A stretch of DNA of 64,000 nt from Balanoglossus misakiensis (GCA_040954595.2 CM082585.2:7031808-7095807), one strand, 5' to 3'. Shown: positions 24,620 through 39,500, counted from the stretch's first letter. Numbers and translations are program-made. The notes: generated from the sequence alone by a model not told the origin.

Positions 24620-26480
24620 CACCACTTAACATGGAAGTAACTTTACTAGAAATTAGGTATGTCAAACTAAATATTTGTAATCCTTTTTGAATGGTTGCAA
24701 ATTATGCAGATGTAGGTTTTCTCGTAACAAAGAAATGTTTGCACGTCAACAGATCAATTGACCGACAGCACACACATGGCCTAGTTTGACTTCGAAGGAT
24801 ATATCATGTGCAAGAAAATAAAGAACACCAATATATCATCATTTTCCTGAAATTGAGTCGGAGTATGCACTGTTTGATGATGAAAATGGTGTCAATACTG
24901 TCATCGATGCAGGTTTAGGTGTGAAACGTGTAGGGGGACTGGGTAAAATGAATCTAGCTAGTGGCAACTGCAGCATTTAACCTAATTCCACATACACAGC
25001 ACAACACTCCTGCCTGTATCATGATGGATGTGGGCAATAACAAAATCCATGTGCCTTGCAGATACCTAATTGGAGAAAAGATCACCAAGGAAATTAATGT
25101 TTTAAAGCGCGGAATAATTGCGCGAGTGAGCTCTGACAATAATCCGTTACAGCGTTGTGCATCACTTGGCTAAGTAGTAGACCATATATCTGTATTTGTG
25201 GCACATCAGATCTGTACATGTAGTGTGCCTTGTCCTTTGGATTCTGTCGTACCACAAGACTCATCTTGGCAATGGTTGTCAAAGATGTACTGGGTACGTC
25301 ATTTGAGGTGAACACCAGCAGTTTGCATGGCGTGTATGGTTGAATCGACTCTCCCTAGAGTGTTGTAATATGCCATCATATTAGGGGCAGTACATGTAGT
25401 CATTATCAATATCATACAAGGTAATAAGAAATTGCCAGGTCTAAGAAATAATTGATAATAATGACAATTGGTTGTCTTGAACCGCTGTTAAGTGGTGGTA
25501 CCAGGTGTCCGGAACAATGTCAAAGTATTTGACGAAGCTCAGCATTTTGGCCAAAAGTGCAATTTTTTAATACTGAATAAAGCAAAGAGGGTCAACTGTA
25601 TACGAGGGTATAGACAAAGCGGAAGTTGGCCCTGTTTGGGGAATTTTGCTGTTTTCACCTCATGCTTGGAATGCAGCACAGGTCAGAGTACATCAGAGGA
25701 AATGGATGTCCTTTTACTCGATGGTGTAGCATTTCGTGAACACGTTCATTGATTATAAAGCCCGCCTGCAGAGCCTACAATCAGAAGTTGTATGTATAGT
25801 GGCACCATTTGAAAATAGCACAAGGCATCGGGGATGGAAGCTCTGTGAAAGTCATATATGAATAATTGGCAGAATATGGACTTCGGCATGAAAAACATCC
25901 CCTTTTTGTTGGAATGAAACCAAGCATGCACGTTGCTGAGGGGAGTAATGTACAAGTTTCCTAGCAACCTACACTTTTCTCATTGGCATTGTCATTTTTG
26001 AATTTCCTCTGCTGTTTAGCTGAAAAGGCTCTTTATCATTTCTCATAGAAAATAAATATTGAAGGACTGGGATACATGGGGTACTAGGTATGTTTCTTAT
26101 TAAAGAACCAGACCTGCTTGTTTTCATCAAACCCATCAAATAGGAGTGCATAACACAAACTGTTCTGTTTGGGTAAATTGTAACCTTCTAAAAATCAGGA
26201 GTTCAGTGCATGAGGACACGTTAAGGTGGTTTTTAATAATTAGAAGACAGGGAAATATAGTGTATTTCTCATTAAAGCAAAGGTACGGCCTGCCCATTTG
26301 ACCTGTTGGATACACCATGAGAATCAAAGACTGATTGGGTTTGTTGCTTCATATTGAAGTCTGCTCACTGAGTATCTATTGCTTGTAATTCCCCACTTGT
26401 ATGTCCATAGAGCTGTGTAAAATGTTGAAACACTAAATTTTATAATGATGCTGCACTTTTGTGTTTGTTCGCCAGGGCAG
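24620..26480 (+). mobile_element. Decayed DIRS/Ngaro-type tyrosine-recombinase retrotransposon (RT, RNase H, YR)
   Basis: Frameshifted peptides in canonical order. Pol start: TPLNMEV..LLE, then YADVGF. RT: PEIESEYALFDD..VNTVIDAGLG...LGKMNL, AAFNLIP...NKIHVPC. RNase H: SDLYM*CALSFGF, WQWLSKMYW, AIILGA, IINIIQG..ARSK..LIIM, VPGVRNN. YR: IRGYRQSG, TSEE, TIRSCMYSG, LALSFLNFLCC, TLRWFLIIRR...GLPI. Many stops and deletions. Confidence 0.65.
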
Positions 26481-29400
26481 TCAGATTAGGATTAATGTTG
26501 GCCGGAACATGCCTCTAAAAATGGAACTTCCCCCGGAATTGCCTTGGCTACTCTCGACAAGTAATGCCAATAATAGGATTACATGATCACTCGTATGTGG
26601 ATCAAAGTGATGTATTGACCTGTAGAATATCGGTGCGACTCGAAAGTGTATGAGAAATAATTGAAAAGTGTGAAGTTTCTTTTGATATATTTCCGTATGA
26701 ATCATAAGATTATAGGAGAGTGGTTCCGTATGTTTTGTGAATTACCGTCAATAAATCGGCACCTTGCCGCATGGTGTCATTATTTCCTCGTTGTTTACGA
26801 TGATGGCTGTGCGTTCAATATTCCAAACAGAGTTTTCCGCTCTCCCGACTCGCGAGCCGAGTAATCCCTGAAGCAGTTGTGGTGGCGCCAAGCTATTCCC
26901 TGGGACTTAGCATGCGTCTCAACTTCTAAAAGGGCAATTATTTGAAAATGCTGCGTTGATGGAGTGGAAAGTCAAATTTCAAAAGTATGCAAGCTTCGGT
27001 ATCTGACATTCAGCCTCGTTAAATTACTTTCGGTCTCAAATTTAATATCTTATGACACTAAATTTGATTAGGTGATCGGTATGTGTGTGTAATCACGATG
27101 TGGGGATTCATAGATTTGGTTGTGCGGAAGAAATATACAGGTGGTTTGTAGTTTGTAAGTTTATTTTTGTGTCCCTAAAAGTTGGCTGACCCTTTGCAAA
27201 ATCTTAAAATAAACAGATTGTTTTGATCATTGCAGAATTGCAAAATTGAAAAAGAAAAACAAGCACCAATTGCCTGTACTAATATTGTTCATGTAGATTA
27301 GCTGCCAAATATCCTAACCCGACTGTATTCTATGGGCTTCTTGATATGATCCTGACATTCTGAAATTAAAAAGCAAACAGAAATTCTAGCACGATCAAAT
27401 GAGAACAAGAATAAGATTTTCAATATTTTTGAAATCATATTTTATTAACAATGTGTTCATTCTCAAATTTGTAAGAAATCCAGAGGGAATTGGCTAAGAT
27501 GAATGAGAATCTGATAGATTGTCTATATATCAGCCACGTTCATTTCAATATTTACATATGAATGATTAAAGGACACGAGTGCTGTAGGCACAGCATACAT
27601 CAAGATTATCAAACAGATCAATAAATTATGCAAAATGTCATCCTGTATCTCAACGTCTCGTAACTTTATTAACATATAATTATATGCAGATTTATGTAGA
27701 ATTTGCTGACCAATGTATAGCACTGAGTCTGCTTTTTGATATTTCATCAGCAGCATGTTAGCACATGTACATGTAGGTAGTCCTTTTCTAGAACTTGAAT
27801 CACACGAAAAAAACAGGTGAATAATATATCACGTTTAAGATATAATAATTACTATTGGTTCTTTTCTGTAGAGTAGGTAATAAAGTTGCCTTAAACAGGC
27901 CACATTACGAGATCAAATAGGATCCTAACAATCCGTTCAAATATCCGAACCAAAATTCCAACATTTTTCATAATTACACCTGTAAAGTGATAAATGATGC
28001 GAGAGAAGATTAAAACCTACTCCCAAGAAAACAATATCCCAATCTTGCCCTTATTAATCATTAATGCATCAATCTTCTTCAAGTAATTGTGCTTCAAGAC
28101 ATCGGGACTGCGGTTGGTCACTTTGTTTTATTATTGCAAATAAAAGATGAGAAACTCACTCCTCTGACTCTTAGTGCCGGCGGTGCTCTTTCTTGTGGAC
28201 GACTTTGAAGAGCAATCATTTTACTTGATCGTGGGATATCGTCTACGTGTAGTTTGACATCTCTCAGTGTTACGAAGTACAGTACATACCAAGTGTTCTT
28301 TTCCCATTAACTAGGAATACTGGGCTAACACTGGGTTGACTGAGCTATAGCTTATAGTAACAGCCCAGAACAAATATTTTAATATCATCACGGTCTTGAG
28401 TCTGAAAAAAGAAATTGATATTCACACTTAGAAATGACCTTGCTGCTGGTGGATATAGCAATGATGCATAAGTTAATAACATTGCAATTAGATAATGCGA
28501 TAATATCCAAATTCATTTAGTAATGGCATGTTGAAGGGAAATACTTGCTTTCAGGACCATGTGAAAGAACAAAAAGTCTGAGAATTTTTTATCAGACATT
28601 TTCATGGATAATCTACATGTATTGATCTTTTGCATTGTGGTCACCCCACTTTCCACAGTGGAATGTTCCAGCCAGCTTATTTGTCGTGTAACCCTTTTGG
28701 CCTTTTTGTAATTGAGTGCAGTCAATGATAAATAATCTCGTCTGTCGCATCTTTATTGATTTGACGTGAGTTGTCTGTTGCAAACTGTCAAGTTCAACAA
28801 TGGCACAAATCCATAGATCACGATTTGCCTTTTAGTGGTCGTCCGTTTTCTTAATTGCATTGCTGTATAAAGTACGGTGGGGGAATACTCAATTCGAAAA
28901 AAATAATGCAAAAATAATGCAATGGAAAACATGATACAAATTTCATCAAAGAAACGAATAAAAATCCCACAGCATGCAAGAGTGGTGTAACCAAGAATTT
29001 TATTGCTAAATAATAATACCAGCACAAGTACACTTGTGTAAAGGTACATTGATATAGTCAGGTTACCAGATGTAAAAGTTATTCATGGCGAAAATACTGG
29101 AAGAGTCGATCTTGATAATATGCAATGTGATTAAATTAAAAATTGGCTTCAAACAAACCTCTTCCAGTATGAAATCTCTGTGACCTCAATTTGTATACTT
29201 CACAAAAATCTCAGCAACTGATCTTGCAGAGTGCAGTTCACAAGTACTGGCAGCACAAGTCGTATATTCACCCAACAGTGTTTAATCCAAAAAGGATCAG
29301 TCATATACTTATTGCCAAGTTGTAAATTTTTTATGTTCCTAGGCAAACATCAGAATAGTAAATCATTGAAATGTCACTTGATATGTAGAGCTGCAATTCA

Positions 29401-32400
29401 GAAAAAAATAACTGTATCACCTAATATCGTAATATGAAATTTTTATCAGTTTCTAATATGCCGGGAACCAGAATTTCATTTATGAAGAAGACGCATATGG
29501 AATCCAGGGAAAGTTACTGTCCGGGGTTAATAACATTGGCATTTTGGGAATTAGTTGATGGAACTGAAGGATACTAAACAGTTTTATCTTGAAATGGAGT
29601 ACCTCTAGTTTTCACTGTTTTTGTTTAAATTTCAGCATGTGTGATTTGTGTCTGCTTCATGTCTGGCGAGATAATTCCAAGTAAATATTCTTATACTTTG
29701 TGCATCCTTCAGTATGATGTGGGCAAGGCACAAATGTCTCGGCCTTTGTCAGTAAAATTTTAAGAATAGATTCTGCTTTCCAATATGCTGGTGAATAAGA
29801 ATGATGAATGGCTATCCCCATCAAAGTCAGTCGTAGATAGTTCTCCTTAAAAATTTGCTCCAAAATATTGAACTGTGTATGGAGGCCGGTTCATACTGCC
29901 CTCTGCGGTTGAAATCTCGACTGCATGCATAAATGATAAAGGGGATTCTGGTTTGATGACTGTCGGTGAACCGGTTCAGTTTTTATGTGTACCCTCAGGG
30001 TGCAACGTCCTGGTTTGCTAATTCCCCCACCGTTCTCTCGGCGTGAGATACTCCGCAGCTCGCTTGTGCTTCCATACGGCGAGGAGGCGCAGGAATTTAT
30101 CAGCCTTTTCCCCCCTGGAATGTCATCAGGATACGCTCGTAACATGTTGACTAAATCCTTGGGAAAGTCCATGGTGGCTGCCGCAGCAGCGGTTCTGGTG
30201 AGTCAATGGGTTCTTCTTTCGTCACTTGATCACTCAATCAATTAATTAACAGCCAGGTAGAGACTGAACCGTTATTCAGTTCTCCAGCAGCTGTTTTTGA
30301 CAGGTAGACCAACCGGGCACATTAAAATTGACGAAAGGTCCAGGATCGCAGTTCCGAGTATAGTACAAGGAGACAGCCTGCGAATTCAAGATCAGTGACA
30401 TCTTGTTATCTCAGAATTCCGGTCAGGTAGGCAGCTGTTAGCATTACAGAAGGTAACGGATTCAAGTCCTGTGACTTCTAATAACTGTACTTCTGGCCAT
30501 TAAATGAGCAGCCTGCTAGATACAGATTTTCTTTACCATGCGTGTTTCGCCTGCAAATTGACATTATTCCGAGTGAGGCCACTCAACCAGACAAAAAAAT
30601 GGATATTTGTCAAAATATGTGTACAGACACACACCAGTCTAGAGATTGCCGGTTCCTTCCTGAATGGCTAGATCTAATTTGTCTGACAGCGATCACTCGC
30701 GCACATTCATTATACACTATTGCCGCACTCGCCATTCAGAAATGTAATATTGATAGTACATCATGCCACAGGCGCCATTCACTTCGACGTCTGTTGGAGT
30801 GTGGGTTGTTAGATTTTTCCATTCATAACATTCCGATGTATTGGTGCAGTACGGGTAACAAAACGCAGTCATCGTTTTACCTGCATGAAACATCCTTATG
30901 GCTCACTTTTGTGTTTATATGTTGTTTGTGTTGATTTGATCTTTGGGAGATTGATCAAAATGTCTGTTTTGTTTTACCAAAGTCGGCAATGTATGCGTGC
31001 GAAAATGATTATAGTCTCATTAATATTTATGTAAATAATGAATAAGTGTTGATTTAAGTGTCAGCAATATGGTTGATTACAGTTAATCTTTTAATTAATA
31101 AAATATTTCCTTTAAATTGTAGTGCTTTGTCTGAACTGTTGCATTGCTACAATGTAGGACATTGACCTGTTCTTGCTGTGGTGGATATCAAGGTGTTTGT
31201 TAGGCATTTGCGCTGAAATGATTGCAAATCAAGTCTTAAATGCCTCTACATTTGACTGTTACACATACCAGGATATCAGATACTTCCACCAAACATGTCA
31301 GGAAGCCGCAGCAAATTGCCTGATCCTCCAAACAGCATGTCGATTACGCACACCTTCTTTATCTACTGCAACGACGCTAGGGTCACCAGCCGAAAATAAA
31401 TTCAATACTCCGCCACGGTTTGATTGTATTTTATACCGAGGGGCATCCAACCACTTTGGCGAGATTGATCCCACAAATAATGATGCGAATTCGCCGCCAC
31501 ACAAAAACACACGCACGCACTGTCATGTGCGACTGCGACCCCCTTCTTGCGAATTCACCTCATCCTCCTGGCCCTTTCGGGCAGATTTATACGCTGCGTA
31601 ATTGATACATAAATTTTGTTCTTGCGTAGCCTCCAGATAATCAAATGAAAATTACAGCCATTAGACAGTAAGGTCAGCTCAGATTAGACAGATACCGAGT
31701 CAGATGGCCTGTTTTTTTTGACATTTGTAATGTCAAATGTCATTGCAGAGTCGAGTAAAAACAGTGAAATATTAATCGGCATCTTTTTTCCATTTTCCTG
31801 TGCACACCTAGAGGATGCAATGAATTCTCTGATATTTAACAAAAACTGCATTGGAATATTTTAAATAGTAATTTGTTTTCAACAGGAAGAAGTCACTTGG
31901 CAATAATTTAATTAAAATGCAGCAGACAAGGATTGCATATTGATGTTGGTCTGCCTTCACAAAATTGGTTATAAAAATTCACTTTCTTGATCTGTGAAAA
32001 AATCCAACTGATCATTGAATGATAATTCATGATATTGTATAAAACATTTCCCATAAATTGTTTGTTTTTATTTAAATCCAATTTTGAAATATTATATGGG
32101 AAAACATGTAAGATGCCAGGTAGTATACAATAGTAAGCATATTTGGAAGCTCAGTTCACATCAACCCTGAACCTGTCCTGCATGCGTCACACAACATGTA
32201 GGTTGTGCTCACCCTCTGCATTGTAATAGAGATCTCAATATCACTGCTAACACCACCTGTGAGAATCTTTACAAAGAGTATCAATTCCCATCTGATATGG
32301 GATGATGATACACTCTTTGACGTACATGTGTAATTAATACACACACAATACATGTGAATGATAGCGTGCATATATTATCGCAGGTGATGCAGCCATAAGT

Positions 32401-35400
32401 TTGAGTAAAATTTTGCTAAATTTTATGAAGGTAACTGCTAGTTTTGACATGCAACATACCCTGATTGGTGGGTGGGACATGTTGAAGTGGAAATTATCCA
32501 GGCGGTAACCATCCTAAAACCCTTTTGAGCTTTTGCTGAAAACATTCCGTGCAAAACAAGCTTATTTGATACAATGTATTTGAATCTAATCTCGTTATTG
32601 ACTTTCTAGCCTTGAACTAAACCTTGAACGAACTTTCTCAGATGACAGAATCCTATATCTCAGAGTAGCCTGCGTTTAATACTAAGTGGCCCCAGTAATT
32701 ACATATGTTATCCCTGATATTGATTCCGTGCATGAGATTTTACACAGAAGCCTCTATTTCATCACTTTGCATATTACCAAGGACAGTGTACTCACATGAC
32801 ATTTGTAATGATAGTGTGTTGTCAGTTTTCATCATCTATCACTTTGTAAATTTATGTATAGGAAGGTGAGAGAGTGTGTGTAATTTATTTTGAGGTAAAT
32901 GTCCTGTTCAGACAGCTTGTATATTTAATCTGTATTCATAGCAGCTACGCCACTCAGAACAGTTTAGTCACAGGAATGCCGTTGCATCAAAATCTTGTGA
33001 GTGAATCACCGACAGTGTTTATGTGTTTTCAATTGCATAGGCATATTTTATGTTTAAAGGAGTTTCATTAGTGTTAGAAGGTTTAAATTGGATGAATCAT
33101 GAAATTGAATCATTCAATGTCAAAATCCTGAGGCTTGTGAGTAATTCTGAGTCAGTAAACCTTGGATTGGTGAAGTTGCCTACTGCCCTCTGTAGTGACA
33201 CTCTGAAGTTTGCAATGTGTATATCAAATCACATTTCAAACAGTGGTGGCGCTGTCTCCTGAAGCGTTCTCCTTCAACATGCCACGTGATGATTCCATTT
33301 TCTTTGTAAATTTATTTATGGAGGATAAGTTGAAATATGATGAACTGAAATATTGTACAATATTTTTAAAGCTGTGTTAGCAGTGTCTGAACCTGTTCAC
33401 ATTTTAACCGATTGTCATGTTCATGAGATTTATGCTCATTCAACTCTTGTGGCAGCAATGAACAAGGGAAATGTATGTTAGAGCGCCACCACATTTGGAT
33501 GTGTGTCCAGACCAATATGTATATTGCCCTCTATATCAGAAACCCACGAAATCTTTCTGTGTACCATTACTAGAGTCCCAGTAACCAATACCTACTTCCT
33601 TCGACCATTCAGACATAAATTGGCCAATCAATCAACTCTAGACATGTCACATGGCATTTTCTCTGATATTAAGTGGCACTCAAAAAGTGGCATACGTACA
33701 TTGGATAAGAATACTGGTACGTCGTAGCCCCAAGAAAGCTATTCTGCCATTACATCCATATACATCAGAAAGTCTCCAATAAAGCACTTCCATCTAACAA
33801 AATACTTCTCAGAACAACTTTCAATTTTTTAGCCCACAGGTAATTTTTTTTATCTAGTTTGACTGATCTATATTAGAAGTGCAGAGAACACAGTGTTCAT
33901 TTCTCATGGGCTGATCAATTTTCAGACTGCATTATTCGCGGCTCTCGCGTTTCAGACTCCGCGGCGCCAGACTTCATCGGGCATTCAGGGACGCACGCTG
34001 AGATCGGCGCGTTGCCATCAGATAAAGGTGTGCGTCGGGGTTTGAACCTACGTTGGGGCAGTCATTTGTGAAACCAAGAGGGGACGTCAGCGACTTCCTC
34101 AATCAAAACCTCGGCGCGTTCCGAACAACTTTCAGATGGTGATTTATCACCAGGGGGCTGTTTAACTGCGAATACATTCTCCAGTCTCCCTGATCAAGGC
34201 TGGAAATGAGATGAAATATAAATGACTTCTGTGAACTAGTGATGTAAAGAGAATCGCAGAGGACTAGCCTTGTGTATTTTTCATCTTGCTATAAACTCAA
34301 GTGGAAAATCAATCATGAGAGAAAATACTGTGTAACACCTGCGACTATTGTTTTTTTTCAGTGAAAAGTGTTACATCGATGTATATTATTAATATTATAA
34401 ACAATTCAGCTTAATTGTGATGAGTTAAACTTATAAATGCTGTCAGGACATTCATTCATTCAAACTTTGTAGGGGTTAAATATACATGTACCAATTTTTT
34501 TCTCCAAAACACTGCCCTCTTCGTTCACTGCAGATGCACTGTGTCGTCCAACATCACTCCAGATCACAATAATCCCAATAATTTCCGGTTCCACAATGCT
34601 CTCCATAGGCTTAGTACAGTGTAGTGTGAAAGGTTTCCGTTTCTAGATGTTAAATTTTTTCTCCTTCTAATGATTTTTTTGGCCTTACGGTGGGTGTACA
34701 AACAACTCATCACATAATGGAGAACATCAAGGCCAAATCAATATCCTTTCCTCTTTGAAGCACAATGAAACGTCCTCATCATTGCTAAAAATAGATGTCA
34801 TTGATGTGACTATGGTTCTTATCTATCCATATCTCATCTGCTATCCACTCTTGTCTGTTCAGTTGGCTCATCAGAGGTGTGCTAGAACACATGATCTGGG
34901 GATTACACAATCGTCAAAGAACGATTTCTGTCGATTGTCCACATCTGGACAGAGTTGTCCAAGTAGCAACTCATGCAAGGTCACATGTAATATTGAATTG
35001 TGTTCTTCTAGTCTTGAGGGGACGCCAGGGACGTATTCTACTCGTTTTCAAACATTGTTCGTACTTGGTCTAGGAGAAAGTTATGTGACAGTCCTTGGGT
35101 TTTATGCTGATGTATGTTATAGAGATATGCAAATACATGATTTAAAGTGTGATAATCATAAATTTTTACAGAAGCTTTGACAACACGACTAAGACTACGC
35201 TGTGAATTAAACAAATAAAAAATCATATGCCCACCTGAACATTACTCTTGCCGTTGCAATACACAAAACTGTTTCCTCTAAGTTTTAAAATTCTTCTGCA
35301 TGATGTGACAGATTTTCCTAATGCAAACCCATATGTATGACCTGGTCACATGCAACTAGGTTGTACACAACGCTGAGAGAAAGAGAGTGGGTATATTGGT

Positions 35401-36477
35401 TATTCATAGTTGTTTGATGTTGTCCCTTCAAGGAGAAAATACATTCTGAGAATAAATGAGTTGAGTTGAGGGTGAACTAAATATCCATCAATTTGTAGCA
35501 TCCACTTTTTGGAGAGACTGTAGCTTGCATACTTATTTAGTACATAGTACAGTGTTCTCCCGGCAAGAAATAAATTTTCCACAAGATAGTCAATCTTGTT
35601 CTGTGAAAGGTAATTTCAGTTGTGTAATCTGCACCATGGAAACGCAGTCTGGGCATGATATGAAAACAAGCCAGATGTTTTTGAGTTATAGACTCATCAA
35701 TTTTCTGACAAAGTTGCTGGACTCCTAGTACCTCGGTGGAATTTCTGTGTAATAGCAGTCATTTGTGACGAAATGAAATTTGTTTCAGTTTAAGCTAGCT
35801 ACCATCTCCATAGCAGTAAAAATAGATTGTACCATTTATCTGGGGATGGTGAGAGGATAAAACATGTGGTAGTCCTGCCCAGATGGGTATGCGTATATAC
35901 CACCTGATTGAAGTCTATTTGTAACTACAGCTGTAGTGCTGACAATCAATAATTCATCAGATTGGCTTCATTAGATTGTGACGTCATCACTGTGCAAGCC
36001 AATAAACTTGCAGAATAGATATTAGGGACCTCCGAATATTTATTCAGATGGTTTTTTAATTTCATCAGCTTCGTGGACCACTTTGTGAAAATGTTAAAAT
36101 GCGATTATGCGTGTGCGTGTTTTGTGTTGATTAGTAAAATTGAGTGTTGCTGTACCGTTGTTGATAGATTGAGGGCCGTGTAGTTTATTGGCATTTGCAA
36201 TGTTATGAGCTTTTGAGTGGGCCCCTTAAGATCTTGTTCTATCTGCTTACTCTCACGTATACGTCTGTTTCACTGTGATTTGCAAGTCTCTCTGTGTGGC
36301 TGGGCTGCATGGGAAGAAAAGCTTTTAGCCTGGCTGCACTTCAGAACATTACAGGCTGAGTGGAGAAGAATTTCTACCACGTAGTGGTAACGCTGTCACA
36401 CAGACATGCCAGAAAATCGCAACCACACCTTGTCAGCGGAAGACATCATGAACGTGAATTTTTTCTTGTACTTTCAG

Positions 36478-36519
36478 GCGCTGGATCCTACTCTGACTCA
36501 AGCGGTTCTCCCGTCAAAG
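36478..36519 (+). CDS. 42-nt symmetric (phase 0/0) coding mini-exon of the IQ-motif gene
   Basis: Strong acceptor ttttttcttgtactttcag and perfect donor AAG|gtaagt; encodes ALDPTLTQAVLPSK in frame with both neighbouring exons. Confidence 0.75.
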
Positions 36520-39500
36520 GTAAGTTATTATTTTCCTTTCCTAAGATATCCTACATTACCCCCAAGAAGTTGAAGCATGTAAGATCTTGTAATTGATACT
36601 CAAAACACATACTGTATTAGATCAACATGGTGCTGTGACTGTTGCCGAGTCTGAACATTAGCTTTCTCTTGCAACGATGCAGAGCGAAAACATTTTTGCT
36701 AGAACTTTGTTTGGAACTACCACTGAAATGTCTAATCATATTGTAGAGAAATACAAACAAGTACATGTTTATTATATGTCAATACTCGGGGAATATATGA
36801 GAGAATAATGGAATACAGTTGTATGTGTCAGAATGCTGGAAAATAATCTTTAGAGAATACCATATAGTGAATAGGCTGTTTCATAATGTATTAGCCCACC
36901 TGGTTTTAATGGTGCTAATCAGTTAGATATCACAGAAAGGGATATTTATGGGCCCTGTCAAAAGCTTAATTGAAGTGTCATTGTGGTATCGCGTATCTGC
37001 ACATAGCTGATGATGAGACTGGTGATAATAATATAGAGCGTGTTAGGCTATTCCACTTATGGTAATCTTAATCAGTGTATGGTAGACTACCTTTAGTCTT
37101 GACGTGAATTTCAAAATCACCTGGAATGATGGATAGAAATCATAAAAACGTGACATAATTTGGAATAGTTTTATGCGTCTTACTATTCTTTAGACCTCTA
37201 ATGGTCTCTCTCTGATGGAAAACATATACATGTACCTCTCTTGCCTGACTGTCGGTGGAAATTTTCAGAAATCATTTACACTAATTAAATGAATAAGTGC
37301 AGTAGAAATTACCGGTACAATAGCGTACGTGGTGAATTTTCTGTAAAGGCGTCCTTATTTCCAAAATCATGCTATGCTAAGTGATTTGGCATGAATCATT
37401 GTAGTATAGATGTGTGTGTCTCACCCACACATGGTAAATTGATGATAGCCGACATGCAGTGTTCTTGCACTGATATTTGTATTTATTGTAATGACATTTA
37501 GGAAGCCATGTCTGCTATTAGCAGGCTTACCATAGGGCTGTCCATCATGATTCAGTTCAATAGAAAGCGGCCTTTAATTATTTTTGACTTGTAAACCGTA
37601 AGAATAGACTTAGAAACCTCCAGTCTGCAGAACTGAAAAAGTGATAACAGTGGTCCTGCATACAAATTGATTTTGCATACAGATTCTACCGTATAATACG
37701 TACATTTATGATTCAATCCCATTCGACATTTGGAGAGTGTTTTTTTACAGCAATTCAACTCTCCCATGTTTTCACATGTGTATTTTTAAGCTTCTTAGGA
37801 TTTCCTTTGTGACCAGATCGTGTCCATAACATGACATGACAGTGACATAATCCTGGGATGGCTAGGAATTTCTTGTTGAGGGAGAGTGAAACTTTTCAGC
37901 TCATTGCCAAAAACAATTCAGTGAGAAGAGATAAGCTTATATTGGTGTATAGATCACAGCAGTAGGACCTTCAACTTTGTTATCTTATGGACAAATTACG
38001 CTATCAACATGGTTATTAATTTAGATCAATGCTATCCTTTGTCAGGGATAGGTTCAGGTACCCGAAGGCTCTCTGAGCTCTGCATTAACTTTCTGTACAT
38101 GATGCTGTGTCAATCAAACTACGTGAAGGGTAATATTGTCGGCTTTACAGTGTGGTACTGAAAAGACGGCATTTCATCTGAGCCATCGGAATGGATGGAG
38201 ACTTCATTATCACTTGCAATTGACACAGCTTCCCATTGCCGTTGCCTAGCAAAACGCTGCAGCAGTTTACATGAGTCAGAATGCTTCACATTTATACTCC
38301 TTTGATAACTGTGTGCCAGTTTAGTACTATGCATTTGAAGAAACTGGATCGCCATGATAGAGTGGGCCAGTATATGCACTGGATGCATTTTTAGATATTT
38401 GCATCATTTGTTGTATATAAAAGCTCATCGATTGGTATCACTATGATTTCAAAACCAAGAAGAGATCCCTTTATCTTTTTTTGAAAATTAATGTTGGCAA
38501 TTTCCTCCATTTTAATCTGTGTGATGGACAAGTTACAAGAAATGTAAGTTACTCTACTGTAATTTGAACATGGTGTAAAATGACAGGGAAGGTGAAATGC
38601 TTGATTCACAGGAATGTGCTCTAGTGTTGAAAAGGAATGGTTTTACAATGAACTGATTACAGTATTCTTCTATTTATTCAGATCATGCACACAACATCTC
38701 GAAAAATTTGAAAATGTCATAGTTTAGCCAATATGGTAAAGTATTTGTGTGTATGGATTGGTTGTAAAGAAGTTAGCAGTATTAATTTGATCTCGTTGAA
38801 AAGGTGTTTGCATTTCACACCTCGCGCTGTATAATTTGATATATCCAGAATAAAATGGAATCAAATTGGTTATTCTCATATTGCTAACGTATATACGGAA
38901 CATTCAGGGAGCCCAAAATTATGCAATAAATATGCATGATCAACACACTTAGGATGCACAATCATGCATATTTCTATATCCAAGTAACAACGATTTTCTT
39001 TAATTAGCATATTGTTGTGACAATCGTATTATCCATTGGTTTCACTCTTCAGTAGCTGTTTTCATACATGAAATTCTGATGCAATTAATTGTTTTGTGTT
39101 ATCTCAGCATAGAAGATTGCTGTGTATTTGATACACAATATTTTCTTTTGTGGACTCAGTTATTATGTAGCTGAATTGGGTGTTATCTCCAAATGGTTTA
39201 TGATTATAGATTGCGTCTGCATCTCACAATAGCCACTTTCCCAGTCAACCAGAATATTTAATGAAGGTATTGATTACTTGTCTGTGACATGTTTTGATAA
39301 ATTGCCTCCATTCTTGGGTTTTCAATGATTAAGTCGCCGTCTGGATTTCAGTGATTACGTCGCCGTCTGAAGTGATGCTTGCCCTCTTTCAGTGGTAAAT
39401 TAAAAGTATTTGGCCTGCTTAGCAAAATAATTGACAGAGTGACAAAGTTAACTACATAAATTTTTTCAGTTGTGTTCATTTTCATTAAGAAATACCGATA

